From Macrostomum lignano (taxonomy: Eukaryota), in assembly GCA_002269645.1 (NCBI GenBank), contig NIVC01002065.1, positions 143,744 through 207,743 of the forward strand: a stretch of DNA of 64,000 nucleotides, written 5' to 3'. Below the pieces are notes generated by a model. The model searched no databases, had not been told where the DNA came from, and saw only the letters and a list, made by a program, of their open reading frames with translations. Each line of letters opens with the position of its first letter. Positions within the stretch are counted from its first letter, which is position 1. Shown here one piece after another: positions 26,080 through 37,635 of the stretch. Made by a program: the position numbers and the translations under genes.

Positions 26080-26903
26080 TCAGCCGGTGCAGGCCGTGTG
26101 ATTAACTGTTCCAATCACTTCAATCTTCACGCGGCCGCCCATGCCCGGCGCTCCGCCCACTCCGCCGCGCGCTCCTCGCGATAGATTCGGCGCCGCGTAG
26201 CTGCCGCCGCCGCCTCCGCCACGAGGTTCTATGCCGTCCACTCCTCCGCCGCTGTAGCCGCCTCCGCCTCCGCCGCCTCCATTTTGAGAGCCTAGCTTGC
26301 CACCTCCGCCGCCGCCTCCGCCGTAGCCGCCGTTGGCAGGCTTTCCAACTCCGCCGCTCCATCCGCCTGTCCGGGACCGTCCGTCTAGACCGGAATTTGG
26401 ACCACCGAATCGCCATCCGTCCGATAGCCAGCCGGCTCCACCACCGCCAAGACCGTGGTTGTTGTTGGTGCTGACGCTGGTTGGTTGCGGCGCGCCCTGG
26501 CCGCCGACGCCGCCGTAACCGACACCGGTAGCGTCGCTAACCGACTGAGTGCCGTTCTCACTGTCTGTCGCGTTCCCGCCGTTGGTCATTTGGGCAGCGC
26601 CGCCACCTCCACCAGCGGCCAGCAGTAGTACGGGCGTATCAGTCGCGTTTTTATACACAAAGCTACCGCCTCCGCCTCCGCCGCCGTTGTCAACAGTACT
26701 TTGGTCGGCGCCGCGTCGGCCGACGACGATGGTCAAATTGTCGGTCTCGCTAAGCGTGAATGCCGCCTCTTTATAGGCGCCAAGACCGCCAGTTCGGCTT
26801 AACTGACCGCCGCCATGGGCGCCCCAGGCGCGGATGCGGTAGCAACCGGCGCCAAGGACTGGCGTGTAGTACATAGGCGTTCCCATGTGGCTCGGCGTGT
26901 CAT
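26080..26903 (-). CDS. Last exon of nested antisense gene: glycine-rich domain of the ALK/LTK extracellular GR type
   Basis: YRIRAWGAHGG..GGLGAYKEAAFTL..LTIVVGRRG..GGGGGGGSFV..LLAAGGGGG..GGYSGG..GGGGGSY; acceptor TTTTCCCTCAG|, phase 1. Confidence 0.8.
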
Positions 26904-27647
26904 CTGAGGGAAAAAGATAATTGTAAACATTTCGACTGGCTTTGTTGCACTAAATTAGAAAGTACACTACCATTGAAGGCTTCCAAATGGGCTTCCAATA
27001 GTGACAGTTAAAATAGATATACATCGAATCCACTGATCAGCATTTGCGCTCAAATGTTTCATATTACAAATCGATTTGAAATCCTTTAATTGGCTTCATC
27101 AGTCAGAAATTATACAATTAGAGTGTGTCATCCTGTTCACCTATGGAACAAATGTTCGGACCAATGTTGGAAACATTATAAGGACAAATAAAGCAACATT
27201 TTCAGATGGTTAAGCTGATAAGCGTTTAAGCTAGCTCGTATATAGTAATCACTATGCCATTATTTCGGGCAGAAATCCTTACCTGACGCTTGCGGTAACT
27301 TTTTAAAAGCTTATTTTCTCCTCTATGCTTTTTAGTGCAAGCTAAACCACACCAAAGAAGAATTTTATACCTTGCTAGATATCTTCCGTCACTGTAGCTA
27401 GGCAAACAATGAGTTGTTTAAATAATAATCCTAACTACACAATTACAACCTGCTTAGTATCAGATTGTTAATATGCTGCGAATAAAAGCTTCTTGGTAAA
27501 TCAAACATCATTTGTTTGTAGAGCTTCAGCTAGAGAGATGGTGAGAGTAAGAAACAAATTATCCATAGTAGAGAGTTGCTACCTCCTCGTGAAAGTCTAC
27601 TGCTCCTGGTAGAAGAATCGATGAAAGCTACTACTCGGGCCTCTCAC

Positions 27648-28035
27648 CATTCTCGTAGACTGCGTCTAGCTGGCTCTGGCAGCCGGCCCAGGTGCTATTC
27701 CGATCCTTGCTATAGTAGGCGGCGGTGCAAGCCGATCCGCCCGGCGTCTGTTGCACCCAAAGCTGGCGCAGGTCGCAAGCGGAGCCTAGTAGGCACTGGC
27801 CGCCGGCGCCCAACTGGTAGACTGTGCAGGCTTCCGAATAGGCGCACTCGGTTGCGCAAACGTCCGGCGAAGAGATCGGGGCAAAGCTACGAAAAGTGGC
27901 ATTCAACGGGGTTGGAACGCTCGGTGTCGCGTTGGCGCAAAATCCGTCGGCTAGTCGGTTGAACACGATGCGATATCCGCTGGCGTCTTGGGCCAGCGTT
28001 GACAATAAGATAGCTGCTATGAGTGACAGGCTCAT
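27648..28035 (-). CDS. First exon of nested antisense gene: signal peptide + PAN/Apple-like Cys module
   Basis: MSLSLIAAILLSTLAQDASG signal; CATECAYSEACTVYQLGAGGQC; donor AATG|GTGAGA, phase 1, compatible with the 26903 exon (small intervening exons possible). Confidence 0.7.
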
Positions 28036-28219
28036 GCTAATGCAAATTCCTCTCTGCTAGATCTGCGCGTCGCTTCGTTTGTTTGGTGTATCGCTTAGCC
28101 TTGGCAACCGCTTGTCAATTATATGCCGGTGGGTACTTGTTTTTTACCGCCCTTGGGAGGCCACTGCGGGGAAGACTTTATTGGATAGCAGCAATGGACT
28201 AGCAAATCATGTCTTATGT

Positions 28220-28250
28220 CTGATTGGCCAGTGTTTGATGCTGACGTCAA
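28220..28250 (-). promoter_or_regulatory. Putative proximal promoter elements of the nested gene (CCAAT box, CRE TGACGTCA)
   Basis: TGATTGGCC at 28221-28229 and TGACGTCA at 28242-28249, ~200 bp upstream of the ATG. Confidence 0.3.
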
Positions 28251-28788
28251 TTCCCAAAAAGTTCCTACGGAAGGTATTGTCTATTGTAAAATAGGCCCCA
28301 ACGCATGCTGCAGTATCATGCCTACGTTGCGATATGGAAAAGGCTGTTTTTGGCTTTCATGAAAGAAGTTTGACGGGAACGAGTTTTCTTGTTATGAAAT
28401 ATGAAGTAATCGTTTATACAAAAAAACATTTCTATTGCAATAAATGTATTTCAAACATGCAGAAAGTTTCAACCTGTTTGCTGACTGTCTTTTATTTCAA
28501 ATATAAATACAAATTGGCGTGTACACATAGAATGTGTTGGATTTCTGCTTCCGTTCCTTCTGCCAGCTTGTCAGATCGACCTGCGAGCGTACAGCCAAGT
28601 AAACTAGGACAAATCTCTGGGCTATCCAGTTTCACTATCAGTTGAGATTTTATGTCGTTATACATGTACTTTTACAAATTTTGATAAAATTAAAAACTTT
28701 TTTATCCTTTCTCTTTATATAGCATCTTCTACAACGCCTTACATGTACTGTCCAACAGAGACTATGATAGACAGACAGACAGACACTA

Positions 28789-28823
<35 letters not shown>

Positions 28824-28859
28824 TATATAACCTCAATGAAATTCGTCTCTCTTTAACAG

Positions 28860-28966
28860 GCTTGATAAGCATTGTATCATGAAGTACAAGAAGGGTGATA
28901 TTAAACAGGCCGTTCAAAACCGATGGGACAAATTGAAAAGCATGTCCTGGTATCACCCCCATCTAA
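28860..28966 (+). CDS. Rel-like gene exon
   Basis: KLDKHCIMKYKKGDIKQAVQNRW parallels Rel FSNLGIQCVKKKDIEAALKAR; CTTTAACAG| and |GTAAGT; phase 2 in, phase 1 out, fits both neighbours. Confidence 0.78.
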
Positions 28967-29084
28967 GTAAGTAGGTTCTATAGTTTTATAATGTAATTGT
29001 TCCTTTTGAAATACTTTTTGTGCTGCCATCGTATCATTACTTTCAAATATTCTAGATCACTCACGTTTTTCAGTCTGTTCCTGC

Positions 29085-29500
29085 CATCTGTCAGTCTGTT
29101 CCTGTCATCTGTCAGTCTGTTCCTGTCATCTGTCAGTCTGTTCCTGCCATCTGTCAGTCTGTTCCTGCCATCTGTCAGTCTGTTCCTGCCATCTGTCAGT
29201 CTGTTCCTGTCATCTGTCAGTATGTTCCTGTCATCTGTCAGTCTGTTCCTGTCATCTGTCACTACTGTCAGTATGTTCCTGTCATCTGTCAGTCTGTTCC
29301 TGTCATCTGTCAGTCTGTTCCTGCCATCTGTCAGTATGTTCCTGTCATGTCAGTATGTTCCTGTCATCTGTCAGTCTGTTCCTGTCATCTGTCAGTCTGT
29401 TCCTGTCATCTGTCAGTCTGTTCCTGTCATCTGTCAGTCTGTTCCTGTCATCTGTCAGTCTGTTCCTGTCATCTGTCAGTATGTTCCTGTCATCTGTCAG
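29085..29500. repeat. 21-bp minisatellite (CAGTCTGTTCCTGTCATCTGT)n, intronic
   Basis: Direct inspection. Confidence 0.93.
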
Positions 29501-29639
29501 TCTTTTCCGTCTTTTGTTTGCCTATCCTTCTGCCTGATTGTCTACGTCTGTTTGCCTGTCAATCTTCTCACTCTCCAAATCTACTGTCCCTGCTGTCTTA
29601 GTTGTCAAAACAGCTCGTCACAACCTCCTCCCCATATAG

Positions 29640-29804
29640 ATCAGTGGATGGACGACCTGTCCCGCTGCTCCAGCCTGAAGGAATGCGGCGGCTCGGTCCG
29701 CATCCGGTTCTTGCTCTGCCCCATGCTGCCAGATGAGTCTGCTGACGGCCAACAACAGCTGGACTTCTCTGCTGCTGTTAGCGTTGTCACTGAGACTATC
29801 TCTT
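29640..29804 (+). CDS. Rel-like gene exon (end of RHD N-domain)
   Basis: SVRIRFLLC..AVSVVTETIS parallels Rel SVRLCFQVF..PVVSEPIF; CATATAG| and |GTGAGT, phase 1/1. Confidence 0.72.
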
Positions 29805-29975
29805 GTGAGTAGTGAGCAATTATAGCTAATTATATGCTCATCTGTGTACTTTTTTAGACCAGCTCGAAGGAGTTCCCGCCCTGACAATTCCATTTCCAAT
29901 GTGTTGTTTTGTTCGCAGTTAAAGCACTACTCGCAGTAGTAAATCGGTGCAAACCTGTTTGTTTCAAACTTCCAG

Positions 29976-30101
29976 CCAGTTCCAGCTCGAGTGCCGACAG
30001 TCTGAAAATTCAGGACTTCAATCCGACGACCATAATTCTTTCGACCGACGATCCCAGCCTGAAAACCAATTCGATCTGGGTTGAGCTGAAAGACGCAGTT
30101 A
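29976..30101 (+). CDS. Rel-like gene exon (start of IPT/dimerisation domain)
   Basis: SSSSSADSLKIQDFNP aligns positionally with p50 DSKAPNASNLKIVRMD; CTTCCAG| and A|GTAAGG, phase 1/1. Confidence 0.65.
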
Positions 30102-30225
30102 GTAAGGTTCAACATTTTACCTGCAATGCTTAAAAATTTGAAAGTTTAAAGGAAAAATCCTGAGTTACCTTTGAGAACTTACTGACATTGAATTGAGTAT
30201 TTTTGTGATTTTTTCTTGCTTTTAG

Positions 30226-30302
30226 ATAAGTCGGACAAAGTGTTTGTATACATTTTAATTAGCAACCAACGGCTGGAGTGCGAAGTCAAGGCTTCCAATG
30301 GG
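30226..30302 (+). CDS. Rel-like gene exon (IPT-like)
   Basis: NKSDKVFVYILISNQRLECEVKASNG; strong pyrimidine tract TTCTTGCTTTTAG| and |GTGAGT; phase 1 in, 0 out. Confidence 0.65.
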
Positions 30303-30427
30303 GTGAGTTGGAATAGTTTGCATTGTATTTCATATTTCATAAATGGTGAGCAATCCTTGTTGCTTATTTGTTGTTCGTCAGACCTGTGAACTGTTTGACT
30401 CCGGTCTAAGGCTTTTAGACACAATCG

Positions 30428-30511
<84 letters not shown>

Positions 30512-30600
30512 TAGTGTCTGTCTTAGTGTCTGTCTTAGTGTCTGTCTTAGTGTCTCTCTTTCTGCCTTAGTGTCTGTCTGTCTGTCTGTCTGTCTGTCTT

Positions 30601-30647
<47 letters not shown>

Positions 30648-30720
30648 TAGTGTCTGTCTGTCTGTCTGTCTTAGTGTCTCTCTTTCTGCCTTAGTGTCTG
30701 TCTGTCTGTCTGTCTGTCTT

Positions 30721-30755
<35 letters not shown>

Positions 30756-30870
30756 GTCTGTCTGTCTTTCTGTCTGTCTGTCTGTCTGTCTATCTGTCTG
30801 TCTGTCTGTCTGTCTGTCTTTCAGTTTGTCTGCCTTAGTGTCTGTCTGTCTATCTTAGTATCTGTCTGTT
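30428..30870. repeat. (TCTG)n microsatellite, intronic; the complementary (GACA)n tract occurs at 28770-28820
   Basis: Direct inspection. Confidence 0.95.
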
Positions 30871-31041
30871 TTTGTCTCATTCTATGGATATTATCAGCTG
30901 GTGTGAGTTTGTTAGACTCCGACCTGAATTTAGACTAAATACGGTATTATATTTTTCCTGCAAAGCCTTGGAAAGATTTTCTAAGCAACGGAAGTTTCCT
31001 CTCTGTCTACTTGGGCCGCCCTCCGCCCCCGTATTTACCAG

Positions 31042-31335
31042 AAACTGGTCAAGTTCTCTCCGCCCAGCCTGGACGAAGTGCGGAAGGTCTGCAAGGACGA
31101 GCGTATTGCCGCCAGTTTTAAAGTTAAAAAATTGTCGCCACGCGATCGAAGCGACGACGATGGCCAGCTTGATGAGGCGGAGAGTCTGGAGTGCAACCTG
31201 CTGCTAGTGACGCCGGCCCTGCCATCCATAGGCCAGCGGCCGCCAAAGCAGGCCCGGCTGCGTCGGAACGCGACCGAACCCGATGCGAACGATTTCTCTT
31301 ACTTGAAGGATCTCCGTGGAGACTATGACAACTGA
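31042..31335 (+). CDS. Rel-like gene last exon (IPT end, basic NLS-like patch, stop)
   Basis: KLVKFSPPSLDEV resembles Rel AIVFRTPPY; RPPKQARLRR; TTTACCAG|, phase 0; the six exons sum to 1116 nt in frame. Confidence 0.7.
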   Translation, partial: KLVKFSPPSLDEVRKVCKDERIAASFKVKKLSPRDRSDDDGQLDEAESLECNLLLVTPALPSIGQRPPKQARLRRNATEPDANDFSYLKDLRGDYDN

Positions 31336-32759
31336 ATACTTCACTGAGCTTTCCTTGAAAATTTTAACTGTACTTTTATCTGATCGGATATTGGCTTAGT
31401 TAAAATAAGTTGTTGCAAAAAATCTATACACACTACTGTTAGCGCCAGTGTCTTAAATACAGTAAGATACGCCACTTTTCTATATCCTCAGGAGTAAGCT
31501 TATAGAAAGAAGGCCAGTTGAAGTGACTTGTAGGCGTAAACAAACTTGACAATCTGTGGCAGCCGTAATGTACATTAGCCAGCGCCACTGAGAATGTACA
31601 TAGCATGGCAGCTTTAAGCTGGAACACCGAGAGAAAAGCAATAAAAGAACGAGAGAAAAGCGGGGGTGCGGCGCTTTTATAAACCCGAAATTTTACAATG
31701 TCAAAATACACGGAAGACGTAGGAGACTATTCGACTTTATGAAATTTCAGTATAGTGAAGAGTAGCGGTATTTTTGAGTTTTCGATGTTGTGAAATTTCG
31801 GGTTAGTGAAATTTCGACTTTATGGAATTCCGAGGCTGTAAATTTTCCGTGTTGTGATCTTTGGACATTGTGAAAATTCGAGTTTATGAAACGACCCCGC
31901 GATGTTGTATCGAAAGACTTGTTGAAAGGGTTTAAGCTATGGAGAGAAAAAAGAAGGCCCATTAACGTATTTATATTTTTCTAAAATTAGAAACATTTAA
32001 ATATGCTTCTAATAAACTGAAAGTAGTATATACGCAAAATCGGTTCATCCAGAAGATTGCTGCCAACCGATTTCGCCTTGTCTCAATTTCTCTGCCAATA
32101 AATAGGCTTTAACCGAATCGCACTAGCTACTACTAACTAAATTTGAGAAAGCCAGTAGTATTGGAGTCTATTTCTCAAAAAATCTTGTGGCTAATATCAA
32201 TATTGAAGATACTCTTATATTCAAAGCATTTTAGGAGTAGCATGTTTGGGCAAAATCTTCATAAACAATTACGCAGATGTACGAGCGTATGTCTTACTAT
32301 TTTAACGAAATTGTAAATTTTTCATTTGTTTCAAACTTTTTAAAAAACATTAAGCGCCTTACTAAATGCATAAAAACAAGTACAAAGACAATGTATATAT
32401 TTGATTATTGCTTTTCTATGCTGTTGTGTTTGTTTGTTTCTTTTATTTATCACAAATACAGTGCGTAAAACCTAATACTACTAGAAGTAGACGGGAAGAG
32501 TATTCCGTATCTTAGAAAGTTTTATCAATAATTTTTGAAGCTCGCATTGTCATCCACTTAGTAAGTCTATATTAAATTCATATTTTGAGTTTAAGAACTT
32601 GCCTTCGAGCTTAATTGGTATCCCTTTATTAGGCATATTACTAATTGGCTGGCGAAGCATTGAATTAACAAAACACCGCTCATTTACTCCCGCCTTTTAC
32701 CCACGCAGACTGACTAAAAAAAATTAACGTCTAGAACTATCTCAGTCCTATATACTAAC

Positions 32760-33216
32760 ATGGATTTCAACGACGTAAAAATTACACTTCGAGCGGTGCT
32801 GCTGTCCACAAAGAGTCGTTCGATCCCGATTAACGAGCTGCCCTACGAATTCAAGGGGCTATCCGGCAAGTCGCTTGATTATAGGCAATTCGGCTACGCT
32901 TCGCTCAGCAAAATGCTGCTGGACATGCCGGACACTGTCCGACTGTCGGACGGCGGCCGGCTAGTTCACGGCCTTTCCAACGCCAACACGAGCCATATTG
33001 AGAGCCTAATCCGCAATCAACTACCCAGCGGCCGGGACAAGCGTGGCACCAGGGGTAGCAGCTTCCGGCGCCTCTCATCGGATGGCAGGCGGATATTTAG
33101 GCGACTTCCGGTGCCCAGTTTAATAGACGATCAAGCGGGTAGAAGGAGCCTCGATAGGAGTTCTGCTGGACAGAGCCAGACCAGCACTGGCCGCAGCGTT
33201 CGTCCTATTGGAATTT
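32760..33216 (+). CDS. LOTUS/OST-HTH domain protein exon 1 (TDRD5/TDRD7/Tejas-type extended LOTUS)
   Basis: VKITLRAVLLSTK..YEFKGLSGKSLDYRQFGYASLSKMLLDMPDTVR..TSHIESLIRNQ; donor T|GTAAGT, phase 1. Confidence 0.85.
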
Positions 33217-33336
33217 GTAAGTGTAACTGGTGTCCTGTTGCTTTGGATAGCTGACTAGCTCGTAGCTAGATAAATAGACTGATTGATCCTTTTTGTATAA
33301 TAACCAAAGCGCAAGCATACTTTTTGTTCTTTTTAG

Positions 33337-33986
33337 ATCCAAGTCTTGATCGTGCCCTGCAGAACGCTCAGAAAGATTGCAACGCTGCGGCGACTAAACA
33401 ACAACAGCAGCGGTGGCTACAACAGCAGCAGAAGCAGCAGCAACAACAACAACAACAACAGCAACAGCAGAAGCAACAACAACAGCGGCAACAGCAGCAG
33501 CAGCAGAAGCAACAACAACAGCAGCAGCAGCATAAGCAACAACAACAGCAGCAACAGCAGAAACAACAACAGCAGCAGCAGCTGCTGCAGCAACCAGAGA
33601 AGAAGCAGCAGGCAGTAGTACAATTACAAAGCCTAGGCGACCTGCCCGACAGCGTCGTCCGTTCTATACTTGCAGCCTACCTGCGCGCGCATGACCTGGG
33701 CGCGGAGCGCGAGGCCACCTGGCAGGCGGTGGCGGCCGCACTGGCCGGCTCCTGGCTCAGCCCTTGCCAGGTCTCGCCCGAACAGGTTATCCGGGCCGAG
33801 CGCCACTGGTCCGACCTGTTCACTCTACAGTTCCGCTGGCCCAGCGATATCTATCTGCCAACTGCGGCCGTACTGTCGCCTAGAAACAGCCTCGCTAATG
33901 TTAGTGACATCATCAGCGACCAGGAGGCCGACCTGCTGATCCTTGGACTGCTCAATTCGCAACCGGCCAGTCGCGTCTTGTTCTGA
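33337..33986 (+). CDS. LOTUS protein exon 2: ~55-60-residue Q-rich tract and unannotated helical C-terminal region
   Basis: Acceptor TTCTTTTTAG|AT, phase 1; open to TGA at 33986; an internal donor and further exons cannot be excluded. Confidence 0.65.
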
Positions 33987-34112
33987 CAATTTTTACCTGG
34001 ATATCAAACTAATTAACACCTTTCTGTCTGCCTTATGCCTCCCTCTGCCTTTCCCCCCTCTCTCTCTATCTGGCAATGCCTCCCCTCTGTCTCTATCTGG
34101 CAGATCTGGTAT

Positions 34113-36290
34113 CTATCTATATCTAGTGTGTTCCTCAAACTTCAGCATCCAGTCTTTCGTGATGTTTAGACCCTCAATGATTTCGACCTTCTGGCCGATC
34201 AGAGTCGTGTCATCGGCAAATAGGGATGTTGAGAAGGCATGGCGGCTGGCCTTTGAGTTGTACTGATTAAATCTTTGTGATGGCAGTGAGTGTCCGAGCA
34301 GCCCGCTCCATAATATCCCACTGACCCTGTTCTTCAGTGCCGCGGCAGCTTGTCGATGTTCTTCGGCTTTCCTCATGCACGCCTGATGTATGATGTTGAA
34401 TGGAACTGGTGACGTTGGGCATCCTTCCCGTAAGCCGCGTTCCGGTCTCCATTCTTCGCTGGTTTGATTCTTCACTTTTACCTTTTAGTTCATAAAACTC
34501 ATGTAGGTCCTGTAGCTTGTCTATCACTGGCGTGGGTATTTCGTACTTTACCAGTAGTGCCCAGCGGAGAGGTTTGCAGACACGGGGGTATGCTTTTTGA
34601 GGTTCAGTAAGCAAGCAATCCACTCGTCCACGTTGCAATAATCTCCATTTGCTCTTTTGGCTGCGAGGTATTCCGTGATGTCTTGTAGACGTACAAAAAT
34701 CTGTCGGCCGTGGACCTGTCGCGGCGGAACCCATTTTGGTTGTCGTCAAGTATGCCGATCGCTTCTGCCCAGTCCCGGGTGCGGCTGGCTAGAATGCGGA
34801 CGAGGTTTCTGCTGCCTGCTTTGCGGTTTTGTTTGTGTAGTGCCTCCGTTAATTCGGCTTTCAGTTGTCGTAGTCCATCCACAGGTTTGTTTGTTTTCCT
34901 CGTGCGCCGCAAATCACTGTTTCAAATCACGCAAATCACTAATGTTAGTCCCCTTTAGGAGTTCAAGCCCTTTCTATATTTCTTCACGTACTTTTAACGC
35001 TGTTCCAACGCTGTGCATGACTTACCAATCGATGCGACTCATTTCTTGGACTCCATTTCACGTGATTCTTGTGTCGATGGCTGTTAATGTCATGAATGAT
35101 GATGAGCTTTGGGGTATGGTCCGATAGGAGGTTTTGATTTTGAGCTTTCATGCTCTTGACAAGCCTGTGGCGGTCGTCGGCGCGCGTGGCGAACCCGCCT
35201 AGTTCGTACCAGCGACAACGGCTCGGGTTTCGCCAGGTGCCCCTTTGCTTTTGTGCGAAGAACGAGTTCACCCCAGCTAGGTCATTGGCGCTTGAGCCAT
35301 GCGAGCAGTCCATTCGTGTGGTTTAGTCCGAATTTGCCTTTATTGCGGTTGATAGGCTTATGGTCGGATCCTATTTGTTAAAGTTAGTCGTTAACGTCGC
35401 CTCCAATTATTACTGGCCTGCCCTTGTGGTCTTCGTGGATAAATTTTTCAATTTCGTTACGAGCCATGGCGAGTTCTTGCTCATAGGTCGGGCTTCCTTT
35501 GACCGGGCAGTCTACGCAAATAAAGGCGAGGTCACAGATTTGGATGCATAATTTGCGGTCACTTCTCTTAACGGTACCGCCGCTATCACGCCAGGTCTGA
35601 AAAAGTTCGTTGTCGAGTGCGATTGCAGCTTTTTTTGCTGTGGATCAAGTGCATGTTTTTTGTGCTTGATGCTAGCTTTGGATTCCGGGGCCGTCAGTGT
35701 TTTTTAGTTCGGTAATTAACACTTTTTCGCAATTGTTGGTCATTATTTGGCGCGCAATTTGTCCGAAACGTCTTCCATTGAGGTTTGCTCGCTGGACGTT
35801 CCAAGTTGTTATCCGAAATTCACGGTGTTGTAGGTGTCGTATTTTTCTGCTCTACGTCTCTGGCGACGGGATCTATAGCGTTGCAGGCGCTTTTCTTTTG
35901 CTTCTTTTCTTTTGTTTTTTTGTGACATTTTTGTTGTTTTTCGTCTCCAGGATTGTCTTCGTTTATACGGTCTCTCGGCGACAATTCAAGTCCTGGGTTT
36001 TTTCGACGGTTTTTAACTGCATTCTCACTGCGGTGGTGCTATGCCGGTGGTCCAGTTTCTCATGCTGTGCTGTGGTGTTGTCGTTTCCTTCCTTCTTACT
36101 ACAGGTGTGATTTGCCTTGTATTTAGCGACGCGCGGGTCAGTAACTTCCGTTCGTCGTTTAGAAGCAGCACGTCGTTTAGAAAAAGGGCTGGTGAGGTAG
36201 TACGGGGTTGTCCTCGTGGCTGCATACGGCCAGCCCGATTTGTCCTCTGACATAAAGGCCTCTTCGTCATCAGATGTCATTATGTCAAAA
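34113..36290 (-). mobile_element. Degraded RTE-like LINE (APE and RT remnants, frameshifted, 3' part missing)
   Basis: RGTWRNP..WYEL..SDH (APE), NQNGFRRDRSTAD, GLREGCPTSPVPFNI, LFADDTTLIG in separate frames. Confidence 0.8.
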
Positions 36291-36544
36291 CTCGATTGAC
36301 TGGCTGTTTCTTCCCTTAAACTTGGTCGTTTTTTACTTTTAAGCGATTATAATACGGCTACTTAAAATGAGTTTTATTTAGCTTTTTTTGACAAACATAA
36401 TTTTGTATGCATGTACGAGCCCGTATAATAGATTGACCAAGTAAAACATCTTTGTGTGAATTTTTGTTACTTTCTTGCTTTGCAATTATTACCAGCTGTG
36501 CAGACTCGCCTTCGGCTAAATTATGTCATAGTTTGTCTACGACC

Positions 36545-36830
36545 TAAACTGCAGCAGTACATGGTTGTCTATGACCTTAACTGCAGCAGTACATGGTTGT
36601 CTGACTTAAACTGCAGCAGTACATGGTTGTCTATGACCTTAACTGCAGCAGTACATGGTTGTCTGACTTAAACTGCAGCAGTACATGGTTGTCTATGACC
36701 TAAACTGCAGCAGTACATGGTTGTCTATGGCTTAAACAGCAGCAGTACATGGATGTCTATGGCTTAAACAGTAGCAGCAAATGGATGTCTATGGCTTTAA
36801 CAGCAGCAGTAAATGGATATCTATGGCCTA
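36545..36830. repeat. ~30-32-bp minisatellite (AACTGCAGCAGTACATGGTTGTCTATGACCTT)n, decaying
   Basis: Direct inspection. Confidence 0.85.
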
Positions 36831-37409
36831 GACAGTAGCTATGAATAACGAAAAACATGAGAATTACCCAAACTTGTACTTCTGCATTTTAGGTCGTAGA
36901 CAACCTTGCACTGCTGCAGTTTAGAACATAGACAAACATGGATGCTGCAGTTAAAATTTGTGCTATTTTTTGGAGAACTGAGCTATTGACTCGTTGCCTT
37001 CTGTTTTGATTTTGTTATCTCTATTATATCATGTAAAAGTCTTGAATAACCACTTTTAAGACTGGTGTGTCCATTTTAAAGCGAAACTTTGTATCGCTTG
37101 CTTTAATTTGGTATGAATTTTAGTAATATTTTAGTAGCAGTACATTTTCGTTGCTTATAATTTTATAGTGGGAAATCGTGCTTTATCTAGAAGTACCGTC
37201 TGTCATTCGCTGTTTCTGTCTATGCACTCTGTGTTTAGTTCATCTGATTCTGATTGATAAATAAAGTCACTGTTTCAGCACCAAACGAGCATCTTCTTGT
37301 GGCGAATCTATTTTTGTTACTAACTAATTATAAACTGCTTCCGTTATCTCAGTTTTACCTGAATATGCGACACTTAAACTTAGTAGTAGCTAAGTATGAG
37401 CATAATTCA

Positions 37410-37635
37410 CCGCTTATACCTGTGCCCCATGACCCCATGACCATGAGTAGTTCACCGCTACCACCTGTGCCCCATGACCCCATGAGTAGTTCCCCGCTAC
37501 CACCTGTGCCCCATGACCCCATGAGTAATTCACCGCTACCACCTGTGCCCCATGACCCCATGAGTAATTCACCGCTACCACCTGTGCCCCATGACCCCAT
37601 GAGTAGTTCACCGCTACCACCTGCGACCCATGAGT
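37410..37635. repeat. 39-bp minisatellite (CACCTGTGCCCCATGACCCCATGAGTAGTTCACCGCTAC)n
   Basis: Direct inspection. Confidence 0.9.

Noticed and set aside
27283-27610. Possible extra small exons of the nested PAN/Gly-rich gene (e.g. SDGRYLA frame)
   Set aside because: I could not build a consistent phase chain with plausible intron sizes, and direct 27648->26903 splicing already works.
31730-31900. GAAATTTC/GGAATTCC cluster just downstream of the Rel-like gene, and GGGATTTCCC at ~43398, as kB sites
   Set aside because: They sit within subterminal-type repeat arrays typical of DNA-transposon relics, and there is no independent evidence of regulatory use.
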